Positions 1-13,325 of a DNA stretch of 62,766 bases are shown piece by piece. How positions within the stretch are numbered: the first letter of the stretch is position 1; every line of letters begins with the position of its first letter. The translations under genes were made by a program, and so were the position numbers. The notes under the pieces are model-generated. The model saw only the letters and a program-made list of their open reading frames with translations. It did no database searches and was not told where the DNA came from. Origin of the DNA: Negaprion brevirostris (taxonomy: Eukaryota); NCBI GenBank assembly GCA_030324005.1, contig JARDVH010000157.1:14874977-14937742 (forward strand). Direction: 5' to 3'.

Positions 1-119
1 TATATTACATCTATATGGCCAGGCTGGGACTTTTAACTAACTAATCTATTATAAATTAAATTCATGGCTGGTTACAATCAAGGTATTTAATGGAGCATTA
101 CAGCCATTCATTACAAATG

Positions 120-455
120 CCCACTTTGTTCAGTGGGTAGCATTCACATCTGAAATTCAGAAGGTCATGGGTTCAAATCCCCTTATTGACCTGGACAGTA
201 AAATGCTGTGGGACTGTTGCATTGCTAGAGATTCAGTCTTTCAGTACAGGGCATTAAACCAAGGCCATGACTTCCTGCTCAAGTACATACTCTAAGAGAC
301 GGGAATTTTCCTGGTGTCTAATTCAACATTCCTTCCTCAAACAGCACCAGCCAGTTATTCAGCGGTTGTCTGTGGGACCACAGTGCGAAAATTGGCAGCT
401 GTTTAGTATATTTCTTTTAAAGCACTTTGGCATGTCCTTGCATAAATTTAGTTAA
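120..455 (+). mobile_element. Old Deu-domain SINE (SacSINE1-like)
   Basis: tRNA-like head (cagaaggtcatgggttcaaatccc) with body shared with the 3310, 5160 and 41240 copies. Confidence 0.6.
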
Positions 456-2861
456 AGACAAAAGAAGGAGTCTAAAGACAAAGAAGGATTCCTCTATCTA
501 GGGCTCTAATACAATGAGAAGGATCTTTTGACCCATCTTAATTCATAATTAATAACAATTAATACCTTTACCCCCAACTCTCAGCATCCAACAGCTTAAA
601 TGATAGTGCCCCCGTTACCCTACCTGCTAGCCATTTTTATAGTGTGTTACCTTTTGTCAGCTTCAACCTGTCCTACAGTCACGGTTCAATTTGAAGGGGT
701 GCTGCCGATGCAGCATTTACTATTTCGCAAACCACTCTGAGGAAGTCAGACCACTTCCTGAAGACAGCTACCTGGCTCAACAAGGAAGAGACCAAAGTAA
801 TAATTAATTGGGGTCAATGTCCTCTCTGAACTGTGGGTGTGAAAGTAACACATCGGCTGTTCACAAATATTCCCCTTTAAGGCACCACACATGCACAACA
901 GTGGCCACACAAAAACATTTAAAGGTTCTGCACACTGAAATAAACAAATCATGCACAATAAAGAACATTTACAGGGATTGTTAGTTGGGGCTTAAAGAAA
1001 GAAACAGAGTGAATATTAGNNNNNNCCAAGTTCCCATGGTTTTTGTAAGTCATGATTCTTAAAGTCATCATTCCTTTTATTCCTGTGTAGAAGAATCTTT
1101 TCAGCAAGGTAGCTCAACTTATTCTCATTCTGATGATTCCTAAAACATAAAATCAATCCCAATTACTTAACAGCAGTGTGGCCTCCAGGTCTGACTGACA
1201 GGAAAACTACAATAACATCTCCTTTTTGGCCAAAGCTTCACTATATTTAGCCAATAAGAATATCATGCGACTGTCTTAAATTAAAAAAGCACGATTAAGA
1301 TAGTTTTTCCACTTAAAAGAAAGCCCCCTTCATGGTTTGATTGGGTCAGTTGCATCACATTGCCACAGATATCGGGAAGAGCCTAGGTTTGACTGATGTT
1401 GAGTGAGCTGATTTCAGCAGAGGGATAATACAAGCTGAACAACTGGTCAAAGCTCCCCTAGAACGACGAGTGGGAAAACCAGCTCATGGTTGCTGCCTGA
1501 CAAGTGTCTGAATGCACAAATGTTGGGCAAGAAGAGGACCATGCTCGTCTATGATACGGTCAAACAATGTGGTGAGAAACTTTGTCTAGGCACATGCATG
1601 TGGAAAGGTCACCTGTTGAAGTGTTGCTGGTGCATGTGGCACTGTAAAGGCAGCAACAGTGAACTTTCTGGAAAGATTTTAATAACAGCAACAGCATGAG
1701 AATCAATGCTAAAAACCTTCATCACTCCTCTGACCATTTGAGCAATACTGTCAGGATGTAGTGCAAGCTTGCACGATTATTAACACTCTGCAGAAGAACC
1801 CACATTTGCAGTAGAGTTAAAATCATCAATTTCGCTTCCTTTCAACCTCTCCTCCTGAAGTCCACTCTCGCTGGCAGTGCTTGTGTGTGATGGAAGCAGA
1901 TTGATTAGTAATTTTCAAGGGGAATTGGGCAAACACTTGAAATGACTGCTGGGCTACAGGAAAAATGCAGGGAGATGGACTAATTGGATCGATCTTTCAA
2001 AGAATTGGCTTGGGTAATTCCATGATACTTCAGTCACAAAGACAGAAACATTCTGCCAGGGTGAGACAAGTAATGACTTGCCACAAACAATATCAGTTAC
2101 AGTGAGCTTGTGGGAGAAATACTACACAGAATGTCTTCTTCCAGGTTACAGAGGCAGGAGTAAAGTAGGTTAAGTATCCCTCAGAAATAGATACACCAAA
2201 ATTAGGATTACAGTGCAAATCAAGGTCTTTAAATAGTTCCTCACAAGTCAGTTGTGATTACTAACATTATCAGCTGATGATCAGTACTTAGGAATCTCAA
2301 GTCTTCAACAGGGTATTGATAGAGGTACATCTGGAAACGTTTGGTCGTAGGAGTTCAGAAAAGTAGCATGTTGCACCCTTTAACATTTTTTTTAAAGCTC
2401 CCCATCTTTCCTAATCACACAAGCTCATACAAGCATGTAGATAAACAAGGACCAACCCATCCTCGGGATTGGTCCTATATGGCCACAGTTTGTATGCAAG
2501 CCTAGACAATAAACATTGTGGGCACTTTTGAGATTATTTTAAATTTGACCTTCATGCATTGCATCACCTACCAATTAAAATAAATTATGCATATCTACCA
2601 GACCATAATCTTCATCATCATAGTCTCAACCAGGACTCCTTTGAACCTTCACAACTCCTGTCCCCCTTTCCCCAAGCTCTTGGTCCCTCCACACTGAGTT
2701 TCTGTGGGTCTCACCTACCCACAAACTATCTCAAGTAATTTTACACTTGTAAACCCCAGTCCTGGGAACACGCGACTGAATTTACACTGCATTTTTTCCC
2801 ATCGATTTTATATTCCTGGTATTATGAGGCACCCAAAACTGCATATTCATGTACTCAGTAG

Positions 2862-3115
2862 TGCTTACATTGAAATACAAGAAGGGGCAGCAAATAAATG
2901 TAACACTTGTAACCTGACCAGCCTTTTAGACCAGCACATTGCTTATACCTCAAAGCAAGAGGAGGGATAGCAAATAAAAGTAATACTTGTAACCTAACCA
3001 GCCTTTTAGACTCACACACATTGCTCATTGCAAGGAGAGATAGCAAATAAATGTAATACTTGTAACCTGACCAGCCTTTCAGACTCACAATTTGCTTACA
3101 CCCCAAAGCAAGAGA
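2862..3115. repeat. Tandem repeat, about 3.3 copies of a 72-80 bp unit
   Basis: Core agcaaataaa(t/a)gtaa(c/t)acttgtaacct(g/a)accagcctt recurs at about 2889, 2969 and 3041. Confidence 0.9.
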
Positions 3116-3309
3116 AACACATGCAACACTGAAATCGCCAAGAAGATGATCAATCCTGCAAAAAGGTGTTGGTTTCAGCTCACACACACCGCAGTTGAAA
3201 GCAGGTTTTGGTTTGAAAACTTTTTGAATCTGTGCTTACAGATTTAAGTTAGCAGTTTCAGATCATAAATAGACTTTACTATGTTGAGGGTATGTTTCCG
3301 GCGCCAATG

Positions 3310-3660
3310 TCAGCATAGTTCCGGGTTCAAGTCAAACCCCAAAGAGTTGAGCACAAAATCCAGGCTGACACTGACAAAATCTAGCACTGAGGGAGTTCTG
3401 TACCATGAGAGGTGCTGCCTTTTCAGGTGAGAGAGAGAGAGACATCTGATCCAAGCCCCATTCTTCTCCCACTTGCTACTTCCAAAAAGCACAGGGGAGC
3501 TTTCCTCAGTGTCATGATCAATATTAAACCCTCAACAGCATTAAAATAAATTCATTATCTCATTGCTGTTTGTGAAGGTTTACTGCATGCAAATTGACTG
3601 ATGTATTTTCCTACATAAGGAACAGTGACTACACTTCAACAGTACTGGTTGTAATGTTAT
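3310..3660 (+). mobile_element. Deu-domain SINE
   Basis: ttgagcacaaaatccaggctgacact..cactgagggag..cattgctgtttgtg..aacagtgactacacttca. Confidence 0.7.
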
Positions 3661-3917
3661 ATAACGACAGACCTGTACCCACCAATAATGCACCCAAAGT
3701 GCTACAGTAACAGAACAATACCCATCACTACTATACCCCTACTGCTATATTGGGGCAAATCTTGACCCAGTAACTTGATACCCACTGTTGCTATAGCTTC
3801 AATTATTCTTTCCAAACATGATTCAGGGTTTGAAGCAATTTGGCAATCGTGCTGCTGACTGTTATTCAAAGTTCCAAGTGGGTACAGTGCGAAAATATCC
3901 CCCATGCATCATTACAC

Positions 3918-3923
3918 TTTATT
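3918..3923 (-). terminator. Candidate PANK4 polyadenylation signal (AATAAA)
   Basis: First minus-strand AATAAA I found after the stop, about 370 nt downstream across an AT-rich putative 3' UTR. No transcript evidence. Confidence 0.5.
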
Positions 3924-4288
3924 GGTACCCTAATGGCAACACTGCCATCTGCAGACCACATTATCCTTTAAACTGGATTTCTTCAAGGGAACAGCTTGTG
4001 AAAGGGATAATATTTCACCTGATTGTCGAGTGACCAAAAGCAAAACAATGTTCATTTCCACAAATACTGTGTCTATACAATAAACATTTGTTTAAAACAA
4101 GGATATGGTTGCTGTACATATATAATATATATTATTGCTTCTGACACAAAAGCTTTACTGATCCATATTGACGTTTTTTTCAAACTGCAATTATATAGTC
4201 ACAAAAAAAAAATACAATTACATTCCACAGGGGACATCTTAGTGCCAGTGCAATGCCAAGTCCTTCCTTAGTCAGGCAGTCTTCACTT

Positions 4289-4502
4289 TCACTTTGGCGG
4301 CGTCTCGTATTTAAAAACCACGCTGAAGATTCTTCCACCAAGTCGCTCTGCCAACCAGGCATTCTTGATAACTGCAAGCTTGAGGCTTTCGCAACGTAAT
4401 GCAGCATAATAGTTTGTGTGAATGGCTCGACCCATGCCTTCGATGATCACCAGGTCAGTCTTCCTCTCCCAGACTACCGTCGCCAATCCTTTGTCCAGTC
4501 GA
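4289..4502 (-). CDS. PANK4: PANK4 exon 19 coding part ([31 protein letters not shown]...FKYETPPK*)
   Basis: Acceptor tctctctcag|, EGMGR motif, TGA at 4289-4291. Confidence 0.96.
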
Positions 4503-5159
4503 CTGAGAGAGAAAGAGACATTAAAGATGGTCATTTGCCTTTACTCCAAGACTGACCCTTTGTTTGGGAGGGGATGGTTGTTGGGAGTGGGAGACTTCAG
4601 GGCTATCGTTTGGTTTAACGTATTGCTATCAGTTGCAGAAGAGTCATAGACTGAACAAGGAGCTGTTGAGCCTGATGAAGGTTGATCCTCCATTACCCAG
4701 ACATTCTCATTTCAACTTGCAACAGAACTGGAGGGAATCACTACCAGGCTCATCCATTAAACAAGGTAACTTCACACTCCAGTCTCCTCCACTGATTGTA
4801 CTGCCTACATCCACCACAGCATCAGCTACATTCTGAATTCCTTCCATCACCCCATCTCACATATTATTCCAACCTACTGAGAAAATTAAGTTCTTCTGGA
4901 TTTCTCTTTAAGCAGTGATTTTTCACCAGTTAAAATCTGCATCGTCTGGTACTATGACTCTCAATTACTTCAGTCAGGTCTCCAATCCCTTTCTAAAACG
5001 GAGAACTTAAGACTCTCTATCTTTCACAACCTGTGCCTCTTTACACTGGGGTAGAGGGGGGAAGGTCTAGTTGCCTTTACCTGCCTCTTCTCCACATCTG
5101 TATGTGTTGCATCAACTGGACTTGAATATGTGGTACAAACGTGTCAGTTGTTCGCTGTC

Positions 5160-5700
5160 AGCATGGCTCACTTGGTAACACTGTTAACTAATTTAGAAGG
5201 TTGTGGGTTCAAGTCCCACTCCTGGACTTGAACACATCAGTGAAGTTCTGAGAGCACAAACAGAAAATGCTGGAAAAACTCAGCAGGTTGGACAGCACCT
5301 GTGGAGAGAGAATAGAGCCAATGTTTCAAGTCTGGATGATCCTTTGCCAGAGCAGGACTGCTGAGAGCTGCCATCTTTCAGATGGGGAGTTAAACCAAGA
5401 CCGTGGACAGTTTAGTCTGACATAAAAAAAAAATCCCATTTCAGGATTTGAAAATGTGCCGGGAGTTCTCTCTGTGCCCAGATCAACATTCTTCACTCTG
5501 TCCCCACCATCACCAAAAACAGGTTAATTAGCCATTTGTCTCATCTTCTGATTGAGAGACTTTGCTGTGCATAATTTGACAAATTGCAGGGATAATCAGA
5601 AAATGACAGCGACGATACGACACCTTGCAATAACAAATGAAGCACTGTACAACATCTCAACAATGTTAAGGTGGTATGTAAATGTAAGTGCTTTCTTGTA
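5160..5700 (+). mobile_element. Deu-domain SINE (interrupted)
   Basis: Head agaaggttgtgggttcaagtcccact, and an L2-like tail ..tatgtaaatgtaagt. Confidence 0.65.
5257..5355 (-). mobile_element. Second Penelope-like family fragment nested in a Deu-SINE
   Basis: Reverse complement of 61951-62060. Interrupts the SINE at 5160-5700. Confidence 0.55.
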
Positions 5701-6489
5701 AGCCCTTAGAATAATCTGTGTGCACTCTAATGTCTGGGATACAAATCTTACCATTCTCAGCTTTTAGAACAATGGTGCAGAAAGAAATTGCATTTCAAAG
5801 CAATGAATTTTGGTCCGATTACCTACATGATTAACATCGGAGACAGACTTGCGCCCTCCAGCATTCTACTCAACGTTAAATCATTTAATCAAAGTCCAAA
5901 GCAAAATGAAAAATTTTGCAATTCAGTTTTTTTTCAGTTCAACAATGAAGATGACAAATGCAAGCTAACTGTTTTGGCAATAATATTTTTACAGTTCTTT
6001 TAAATCATAGATGATGAAGTGGTCACATATGGGTACACATTCACAACCGAATGTACGGGCAGCCTCCCTCATGCTGATATAGAGAGCAGCTGAGTGTGTG
6101 CAAGATTTTCTTTCCCTTGGGAAAGGACTTCAAAAAAAGATGCAAGAGAATGCAAACAACAATAGTCCCCTCTCTCACCACCTCCCCTCCCAGCAATTAT
6201 TGGCAGAATTGACAGCAATTTACTCAGCCCGTGTGAGCAACAGAGTAGCACAACATTTTAAAAAAGGGTAACAACTCCCCAATGGTTCAGTTGCTACAGG
6301 CAACTTAGCCATACAGACCAGAACGTTCCTGAATTCTTGCCAGACAGCTGACCTCAGCTAAGGCTGCAGTTTCGATCCTACAATTGTGGNNNNNNNNNNN
6401 NNNNNNNNNNNNNNNNNNNNNNNNNNNNNNNNNNNNNNNNNNNNNNNNNNNNNNNNNNNNNNNNNNNNNNNNNNNNNNNNNNNNNNNNN

Positions 6490-6630
6490 CTCTAGTCCTG
6501 CTATCCTTTCTAAGCGGGAAAAATCTCTCTACCTCTACCCTATCCATCCCTTTCATTATCTTATACGTCTCTATAAGATTCCCCCTTCATCCTTCTAAAC
6601 TCCAACGAGTACAGACCCAGTCTATTTAGT
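6490..6630 (-). mobile_element. CR1 fragment
   Basis: Minus ORF MKGMDRVEVERFFPLRKDSRTR is CR1 ORF2 C-terminal-like. Confidence 0.75.
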
Positions 6631-7040
6631 CTCTTGCGTGTAGGAAACACAAAACGTGGAGAGAGATAGAGAAGAGGAGATTGAGTGAGTGAGAAGGGGG
6701 AGTGGGAAGAAAAGGAGGACAAAAGTTTCAAGGTTAGTGAGGGAAAAAGAGAGGCTTACAATGGCAAGTAATGAGAGCAGATAGCACCAAAGAACGGTGT
6801 ATTGGAGCAAGAGTCAAATGGAACAAGGTTCATCGGTTTGTTCTTTCGTAGCACCATTAAAATAAAATGCCCACAAAGCAGTTTAGAGACAAAAATAACC
6901 AGGTACTGAACAGCAGTGGGAGAAAGGGAAGGAGTGACTAAAATCATAGCTGGGGAGTAGGTTTAAAGGGCTTGGGAATAACATTAATTAAATAGGGGTT
7001 ATTTTAAAAAGATGGACAAAAATAAATCATTATATTTTAC

Positions 7041-7109
7041 CTCAGATCCAGACAAGGTGAACTGGAGCCACTCTGAACCAACAATAATTTATCTTCTTGT
7101 AATGCTGTC
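7041..7109 (-). CDS. PANK4: PANK4 exon 18 (TALQEDKLLLVQSGSSSPCLDL-S)
   Basis: Hand translation. Acceptor cttacag|, donor AG|GTAAAA, 69 nt. Confidence 0.95.
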
Positions 7110-7859
7110 CTGTAAGAAGGAATGGGAGCAGAGTTAAACACCGTTACCAGCTCAAACAGTTACAACAGCAAACTGCAAAAGGGCCAAGGATGATCCAACA
7201 ACAGCGACAAAAATAGATTCTAAAGGCACAGGCTTTGAATTTCCACATGAACCTCCTGGCTTAACTTCAGCAAAAAGCTCAACAGTGTAAGGGGACAATT
7301 TAGCTATTGCCCCGGGGTTTCTGCCAATCTCATGCTGGTGAAACGTGACAGGTATTGCAGCCCTCGAGTTTAAATCTCAGCACTATAACAGGACAGTAAA
7401 TCTTTCATTCAGTTCTGCTCCCCTTCCTCCACTAAAAGCGTACTCATGCTGAAACACAATTCCAAAAGGAGCTGGCCTTCTTCAGGCGTGAGCCCAGACA
7501 AAGTGTGCAACAGGAGGCAACTCAACAGTGGAGGGTGTCATACTTGCCACTGGTCTTGGCCTCACTTTTCAGCCTCGGGTCCAACAACCAAGTTACTGGA
7601 CTGACTACACTTTAGACCCTGCAACTAACAGATGGTGCTTACCAGCTGCTCTCCATTTCAGGATTTACAGAATCATGTAACACACAAAGAGGCCACTTGG
7701 CCCACCAGCTCTTTGAAAGAAATATCTAAATTAGTCCCATTCTTTCTTACTAGCACTGCAAATTCACCCAAATGCTATAAAGTAAACTGAAAGGCAAAGT
7801 GCTCATTTTATCAGCACTCCTTCGGCCACAAGTCAGTCTTCTATCTAAACCAGAGGCAC

Positions 7860-7931
7860 GATGTGGAGCTGCCAGCATTGGACTGGGCTGGGCACAATAA
7901 GAAGTCTCACAACACCAAGTTAAAGTCCAAC
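7860..7931 (-). mobile_element. Penelope-like terminal fragment (runs into a gap)
   Basis: gatgtggag..ttggactggg..aagaagtctcacaacacca..ttaaagtccaac matches the start of 60883-61091. Confidence 0.6.
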
Positions 7932-8394
7932 NNNNNNNNNNNNNNNNNNNNNNNNNNNNNNNNNNNNNNNNNNNNNNNNNNNNNNNNNNNNNNNNNNNNN
8001 NNNNNNNNNNNNNNNNNNNNNNNNNNNNNNNNNNNNNNNNNNNNNNNNNNNNNNNNNNNNNNNNNNNNNNNNNNNNNNNNNNNNNNNNNNNNNNNNNNNN
8101 NNNNNNNNNNNNNNNNNNNNNNNNNNNNNNNNNNNNNNNNNNNNNNNNNNNNNNNNNNNNNNNNNNNNNNNNNNNNNNNNNNNNNNNNNNNNNNNNNNNN
8201 NNNNNNNNNNNNNNNNNNNNNNNNNNNNNNNNNNNNNNNNNNNNNNNNNNNNNNNNNNNNNNNNNNNNNNNNNNNNNNNNCGAGGAGTTATGGGGAAAGG
8301 GGCTGGGATTGTGGTTGGTGCAGACTCGGGTCAAATGGCCTTCTTCTGCACTGTCACGATTCTATGATTCTATGAACTCTTTCAAGTTGCTTAC

Positions 8395-8495
8395 CTGATG
8401 ATTGAATCCATTGCTGCGATCCTCTCTGTAACAATTGCCAACTCACCGCAGGTAACATCATTTAATGCTGGTCCTGAGTTACTGGCTAAAATGAC
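8395..8495 (-). CDS. PANK4: PANK4 exon 17 ([34 protein letters not shown])
   Basis: Hand translation. Acceptor acacag|, donor AG|GTAAGC, 101 nt. Contains the NDVT motif. Confidence 0.96.
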
Positions 8496-11302
8496 CTGTG
8501 TTTGAAGACAAACATGTCAGGCAAGCACAATAATACAAAACTGCAAACAGATCCACTGAAGTACTGTTTAGACATGTTTCGTAAAAGCCAAATAAGCAAA
8601 GCACAACTCGGGAACTTCCTTTATCACATCGAACTATTTATAGTGATGACGGGGCAGCAAAGTATAATGCCATTGAATAGCAATTTCCCTTTTATGGTAC
8701 ATTTGACTACACTTGGAAGCTATAAGGGGAGAGTGAAAGAGAAACCCCTGGAGGAGGTTAAACACAATAGGAGGTAATCAGAAAACAGGAAGGTGACATG
8801 GTCACGATAAAGTAGTTTAGCACAACTGCTTGCAAGCATGGTCAGCCTTGGCACAGGCACCACCAGCTCAGAAGATAATCAGTATATCACAAAAGTAAAT
8901 GCATTCTGGAAGTGATTCACTCCCTCCAAAATGTTGCATTTACATTATAGCTGGCACAGAGCAAGATGATGATCTGCTATACACCATATGACAATGACAT
9001 TTATGGACCAGGTTAAATTTAAACACAGCCAGAGAATTTTAAATAGTATTTATTCTGTAAATATATGTGCATTCATATTGATAGCCTAGAATTCCTGCAA
9101 GTGTCACATTTACTTCCTGTAACATTTTTCTGTCACACTGTTGATAGACCAGTAACTGAGCAGTGCATCCACTAGTCAACAAACAACATCACACGAGGAT
9201 AGACAAGCACGCAGCCGGACACAATCTGTGTTAGGGTTTGTGATATTAGATAGCTCACAATTGTTTAACATATAGAGGAATCTCTTGTGGAGTTGTTCAG
9301 TTAATCTGGAATCTACAAAATGGTCGTAAANNNNNNNNNNNNNNNNNNNNNNNNNNNNNNNNNNNNNNNNNNNNNNNNNNNNNNNNNNNNNNNNNNNNNN
9401 NNNNNNNNNNNNNNNNNNNNNNNNNNNNNNGTCGGTGCAGGCCTGGAAAGCCGAAGGGCTTATTCCCCTTCGGCTGTAATTTTCTTTGTTCTTTGTACAT
9501 GTGAGAGGCAGCAACAATCTCAGCATAAATAAATTATGGTCCAAGAGATGCCAGCCCAATGTGTTCTCCTTAGAGAACTGACCAAAATGCTTCTGCTAAA
9601 TAGCTGGAATAATGTTGGGGATGGAAATGTTACACAATCCGTAGACAGCTGAGAACATAGAACATAGAACACTACAGCACAAACAGGCCCTTCGGCCCAC
9701 TAGTTGCGCTGATCATATCCCTACCTACCAGGCCTATCTATAACCCTCAATCCCAGATTTGATGCTTCAAAAGCTCTGCAGTCTTATGGAAGATTAAGGT
9801 CATGTTACATGGCAGCTGTTGTGTGTCAGGGACAACAGCTCTTTGTACATATTATAAAGTCTAAGCACACGTAGAATGCAGTTCATAGAATCCCTTTGCA
9901 CATGTACAACGCAGTTCATAGAATCTCTACAGCGCAGGAGACCATTCCGCCCATCGGGTCCGACAGAGCATCTTACTGAGGCCCTATCCCAGTAACCCCA
10001 CATATTTACCTCCCTAATCCCCAAATCTATGCATCTTGGGATACAGTTGGTTTATGGGTGTTATACTCCAAGATGCATCTGCTCACTCACAGATCAACAT
10101 GGAAAGGGGCTGCACGTACATAAGACATTAGAGGGGGTCCATTCACATACGCACAACATGCTTTTAAAGACTTGGCAGCTGGAGTATATGAAACAGCAGA
10201 AACAATTATTGCTCACAATTATAAGCAGTTTCCCCCATTAGATGCACACACAGTCAACCCCTGCTCCATACATCATGAGCAACTGGTCTTTTGCAAGAGC
10301 ATGTGATCAAGGCGTTCACACAGAAAACTGCACATCCTCCTAACTGATCACAGCACCGGATAAAGCAACTCTGAAAAAATTGTCAACATGCACACCAAGA
10401 TTTCTGCGAGTTTGAAGTTGCAATGGTCCAATGTCCNNNNNNNNNNNNNNNNNNNNNNNNNNNNNNATTCAAATGACTGTTCACACTACATCAGTACAAA
10501 AAAGTAACTGCTCAGATATACCCCTGTCCAAACACATCACATGTAAAATTTGTTTATTGTTGACAAACGGGATCAAAAGTTCCCTTGGCTTTTTGTCAAA
10601 AAGAATCAAGGATTTAGGCAAATTAGGGAATGAGGAGGAATAAATATACATCGGACTTCTTGCTTCCCGTGACAAAATAAAATCAAGTTTGGCCCTTCAA
10701 TTTTGGCAGGAGAGTAATCTGAGCAATAACGAGTACTGTTAGAGTTCTTGTTAGATTATAGGTACATCTCACAAAGGGACCTCATCTGCTGAAAATTGAA
10801 CATTTCGAGCAAATATTCCACTTTACAATTTGTTTACATTAAAAGACGGAATATAAATAATGAGAATCCACTCTGAATACAGAACCCATAGTCTAACAGG
10901 GATGAAGCACTTGTGGCAGGGGAACTCCTACTTTCAACAATTTTATTGATAAGAGGAATTTCGTCCCCATGGCATGTTTATCCAGGTTATAACCAATTCT
11001 CACCCATCTGGAAGGCAAGTGCTGGGACAGTGGGAGTAGGGTGACATTGTGTTAAGCCAATGACAAAGTTAGCAACATTGAGTACAGGTAAAAAGGCTAG
11101 AATCTGGCCACTTCCAAACAGCCACCTTAGGTCTAGTGAAAGGCTGGATGAGGACCAATCTGGCCAATAGAAAATAAGCTACCTGCTTCCCGATTCTCCT
11201 GTTTCCCAGTCCACCACCCTCACCCTTCCCAAAGATGCTGCTGAAAGTAGGCTGCTCTCTAGAGTCTTTGATATAAACAGGTTTACAGCCTGATTGTCAG
11301 GC

Positions 11303-11570
11303 TCGGTATGGTAGCATAGTGGTTAGCAGTGCTGCCTCACAGCGCCAGGGACCCGGTTCAATTCCCAGCTTGGGTCACATCTGTGTGGAGTTTGCACATT
11401 CTCCCTGTGTCTGCGTGGGTTTCCTCTGGATGCTTCGGTCTCTTCCCACAGTCCGAAGATGTGCAGATTAGGTGGAATGGCCATGCTAAATTGCCCTAGT
11501 GTCGGGGGACTCGCTAGAGTAAATGAATAGGGTTATGGAGATAGGGCCGAATGGCCTCCTCCTGTGATCC
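11303..11570 (+). mobile_element. HE1-like V-SINE (tRNA head, V-domain, CR1-type tail)
   Basis: A/B boxes (tagtggttagc, ggttcaattcc) and central tgtgtggagtttgcacattctccctgtgtctgcgtgggtttcctc. Multi-copy in the window. Confidence 0.85.
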
Positions 11571-11928
11571 TACTCAATTCTGACAATCGGAGATTCGAGC
11601 TTCATCCTGTCCTCATCTGGCACACTGCCAAGCAGTTGCCATCAGTTAACTATGGAAAACCAATCTGGCGCCTCATCATCCCAGTGCCATAGAATCCAAC
11701 AGCTGTGCCGATTACTGCCACCCTGACTCTGATAACTAGTTCAGCAGAGGTGAGAAATTGAACACTAATGTGGCTCAGAAACTAACTAGGCAGAAAATTT
11801 ACCATTGAAGCCATCAGGGGCAGCCTAAGGAAGGGAATCATGGAGTGAGAATTTGTTAAAACCATGGAACAATCACATTTTGATGCTGACTATTTCTCAA
11901 TCAGATGGAACAATTTACTGTACTTTAC

Positions 11929-12033
11929 CTCAGTGCCTTTTGACAGCAGCTCCCTGACAAATGGGAAAACTCCAAGTATTATGTCTATTCCACTATTATC
12001 TACGAAAAATAAGGCACATTTGTGAGGAGGACC
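11929..12033 (-). CDS. PANK4: PANK4 exon 16 ([35 protein letters not shown])
   Basis: Hand translation. Acceptor cttgcag|, donor GAG|GTAAAG, 105 nt. Contains the DNSG metal-binding motif. Confidence 0.96.
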
Positions 12034-12379
12034 CTGCAAGAGAAAGCCAGTAAGATTTGGTATTTGATCACTGAATATTTCTTGTTTCTGTTTTTTTAAT
12101 CTTTAATCACGTATCCTAAAGATATGTAGATACGTGTGACAATTTCCTGCTGACCCATTACAGATTATATTTCAGTAAAACAGCAGCACTAACCACAGAA
12201 GTTGATGGCATCACTGATAGCTGCTGCTGGCATGTTAAACTGGAGTTGACACTGAATAAGTAGTGTCAGGAAATGATTTATGGCTGTAGTCAAGTTGTAG
12301 AGTCCACAAGGAGACAGTTCCAACTATCTTGCATTTTGAACTCGGAATTTATGATGTATTGACTCTTCAAATACCGTGA

Positions 12380-13325
12380 ACTATAACTAATGCCAGGTTT
12401 CCAAGGTGTACAGTGGGATGCCCCAGGATAGGTACCACTGCTTTTCTGGATATATGATCTAGACTTGAGTGTACAGGTCACAATTTCAAAATTTGCAGAT
12501 CACACAAAAGTTGGAAGTATTGTCAAATGTGAGGAGGACAGTGATAAACTCTAAGGGAATTAGACAGGCAGACATTTGGCAGATGAAATTTAACGTTGAC
12601 AAGTGTGAAGTAATACGGTAGGAAGAAGTCAGAGGCAATGGAGGGAATTTGCCCACTCTGTCTGCCACGGAAATCGTAACTTGGGGGGCACAGCTGAATA
12701 AGCCAATCCAATATGAAATAAAGGTGCAATTCTAAAATGGTTGGAAGAACTAACAGACCTTTTGCTACATGTGTGCTAATAATTGAAGGGGGCACGGCAG
12801 ATAGACAAAGTGGTCAATAAGACATACATGACCCTAGGGTTTATAAACAGATGAACAGAGTATAAAAGCAAATCTATTATGGTGTACATTTATAAAACAC
12901 ACAACACTGGTCAACTGTAGTCGAGTCCCCAATTCTGGGCACCACACTTTATAAGTAATTTGAAACCTTTAGAAAGGTGTAGAAGAGAGTTAGGAGAATA
13001 GCTCTTGGGATGAGGGACTCAGTTACACAGATAGATTGGCGAAGATGGGCCTATTCTTCTCAGAGAATTNNNNNNNNNNNNNNNNNNNNNNNNNNNNNNN
13101 NNNNNNNNNNNNNNNNNNNNNNNNNAGAACCAAGGGACAGGGATAGAAGATGAACAGCAAAGGAACTAACAGCAACGTGAGCAAAAACGTTTTATTCCCC
13201 CCCAACAAACTGTTTAGGTTCTGGAATTTTCTCGTGTAGTGGGTGTAGATTCACTCATGACATTTAAAAGAGACTTGCTTGAGCACCTGAAGAGAAAGAA
13301 AAACTCAGGCATATAAGAAAAGGAC
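12380..13325 (+). mobile_element. Old CR1 LINE fragment
   Basis: Degenerate ISKFADHTK, WQMKFNVDKCEVI and 3' region. Confidence 0.75.

Noticed and set aside
1325-1640. Fourth, very old SINE-like family (also about 7405-7650, 11575-11830, 40500-40830, 55560-55960)
   Set aside because: Similarity is faint and the boundaries and family could not be supported by eye, so it was not listed as a feature.
2862-3115. CRISPR-like repeat-spacer array
   Set aside because: The intervening segments are themselves similar to each other, the context is vertebrate and there are no cas genes; it is a tandem repeat.
1-3900. 3' end of a convergent neighbouring gene (PLCH2 neighbours PANK4 in human)
   Set aside because: I recognised no coding exon. 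Plus-strand AATAAA hexamers alone are insufficient in AT-rich DNA.
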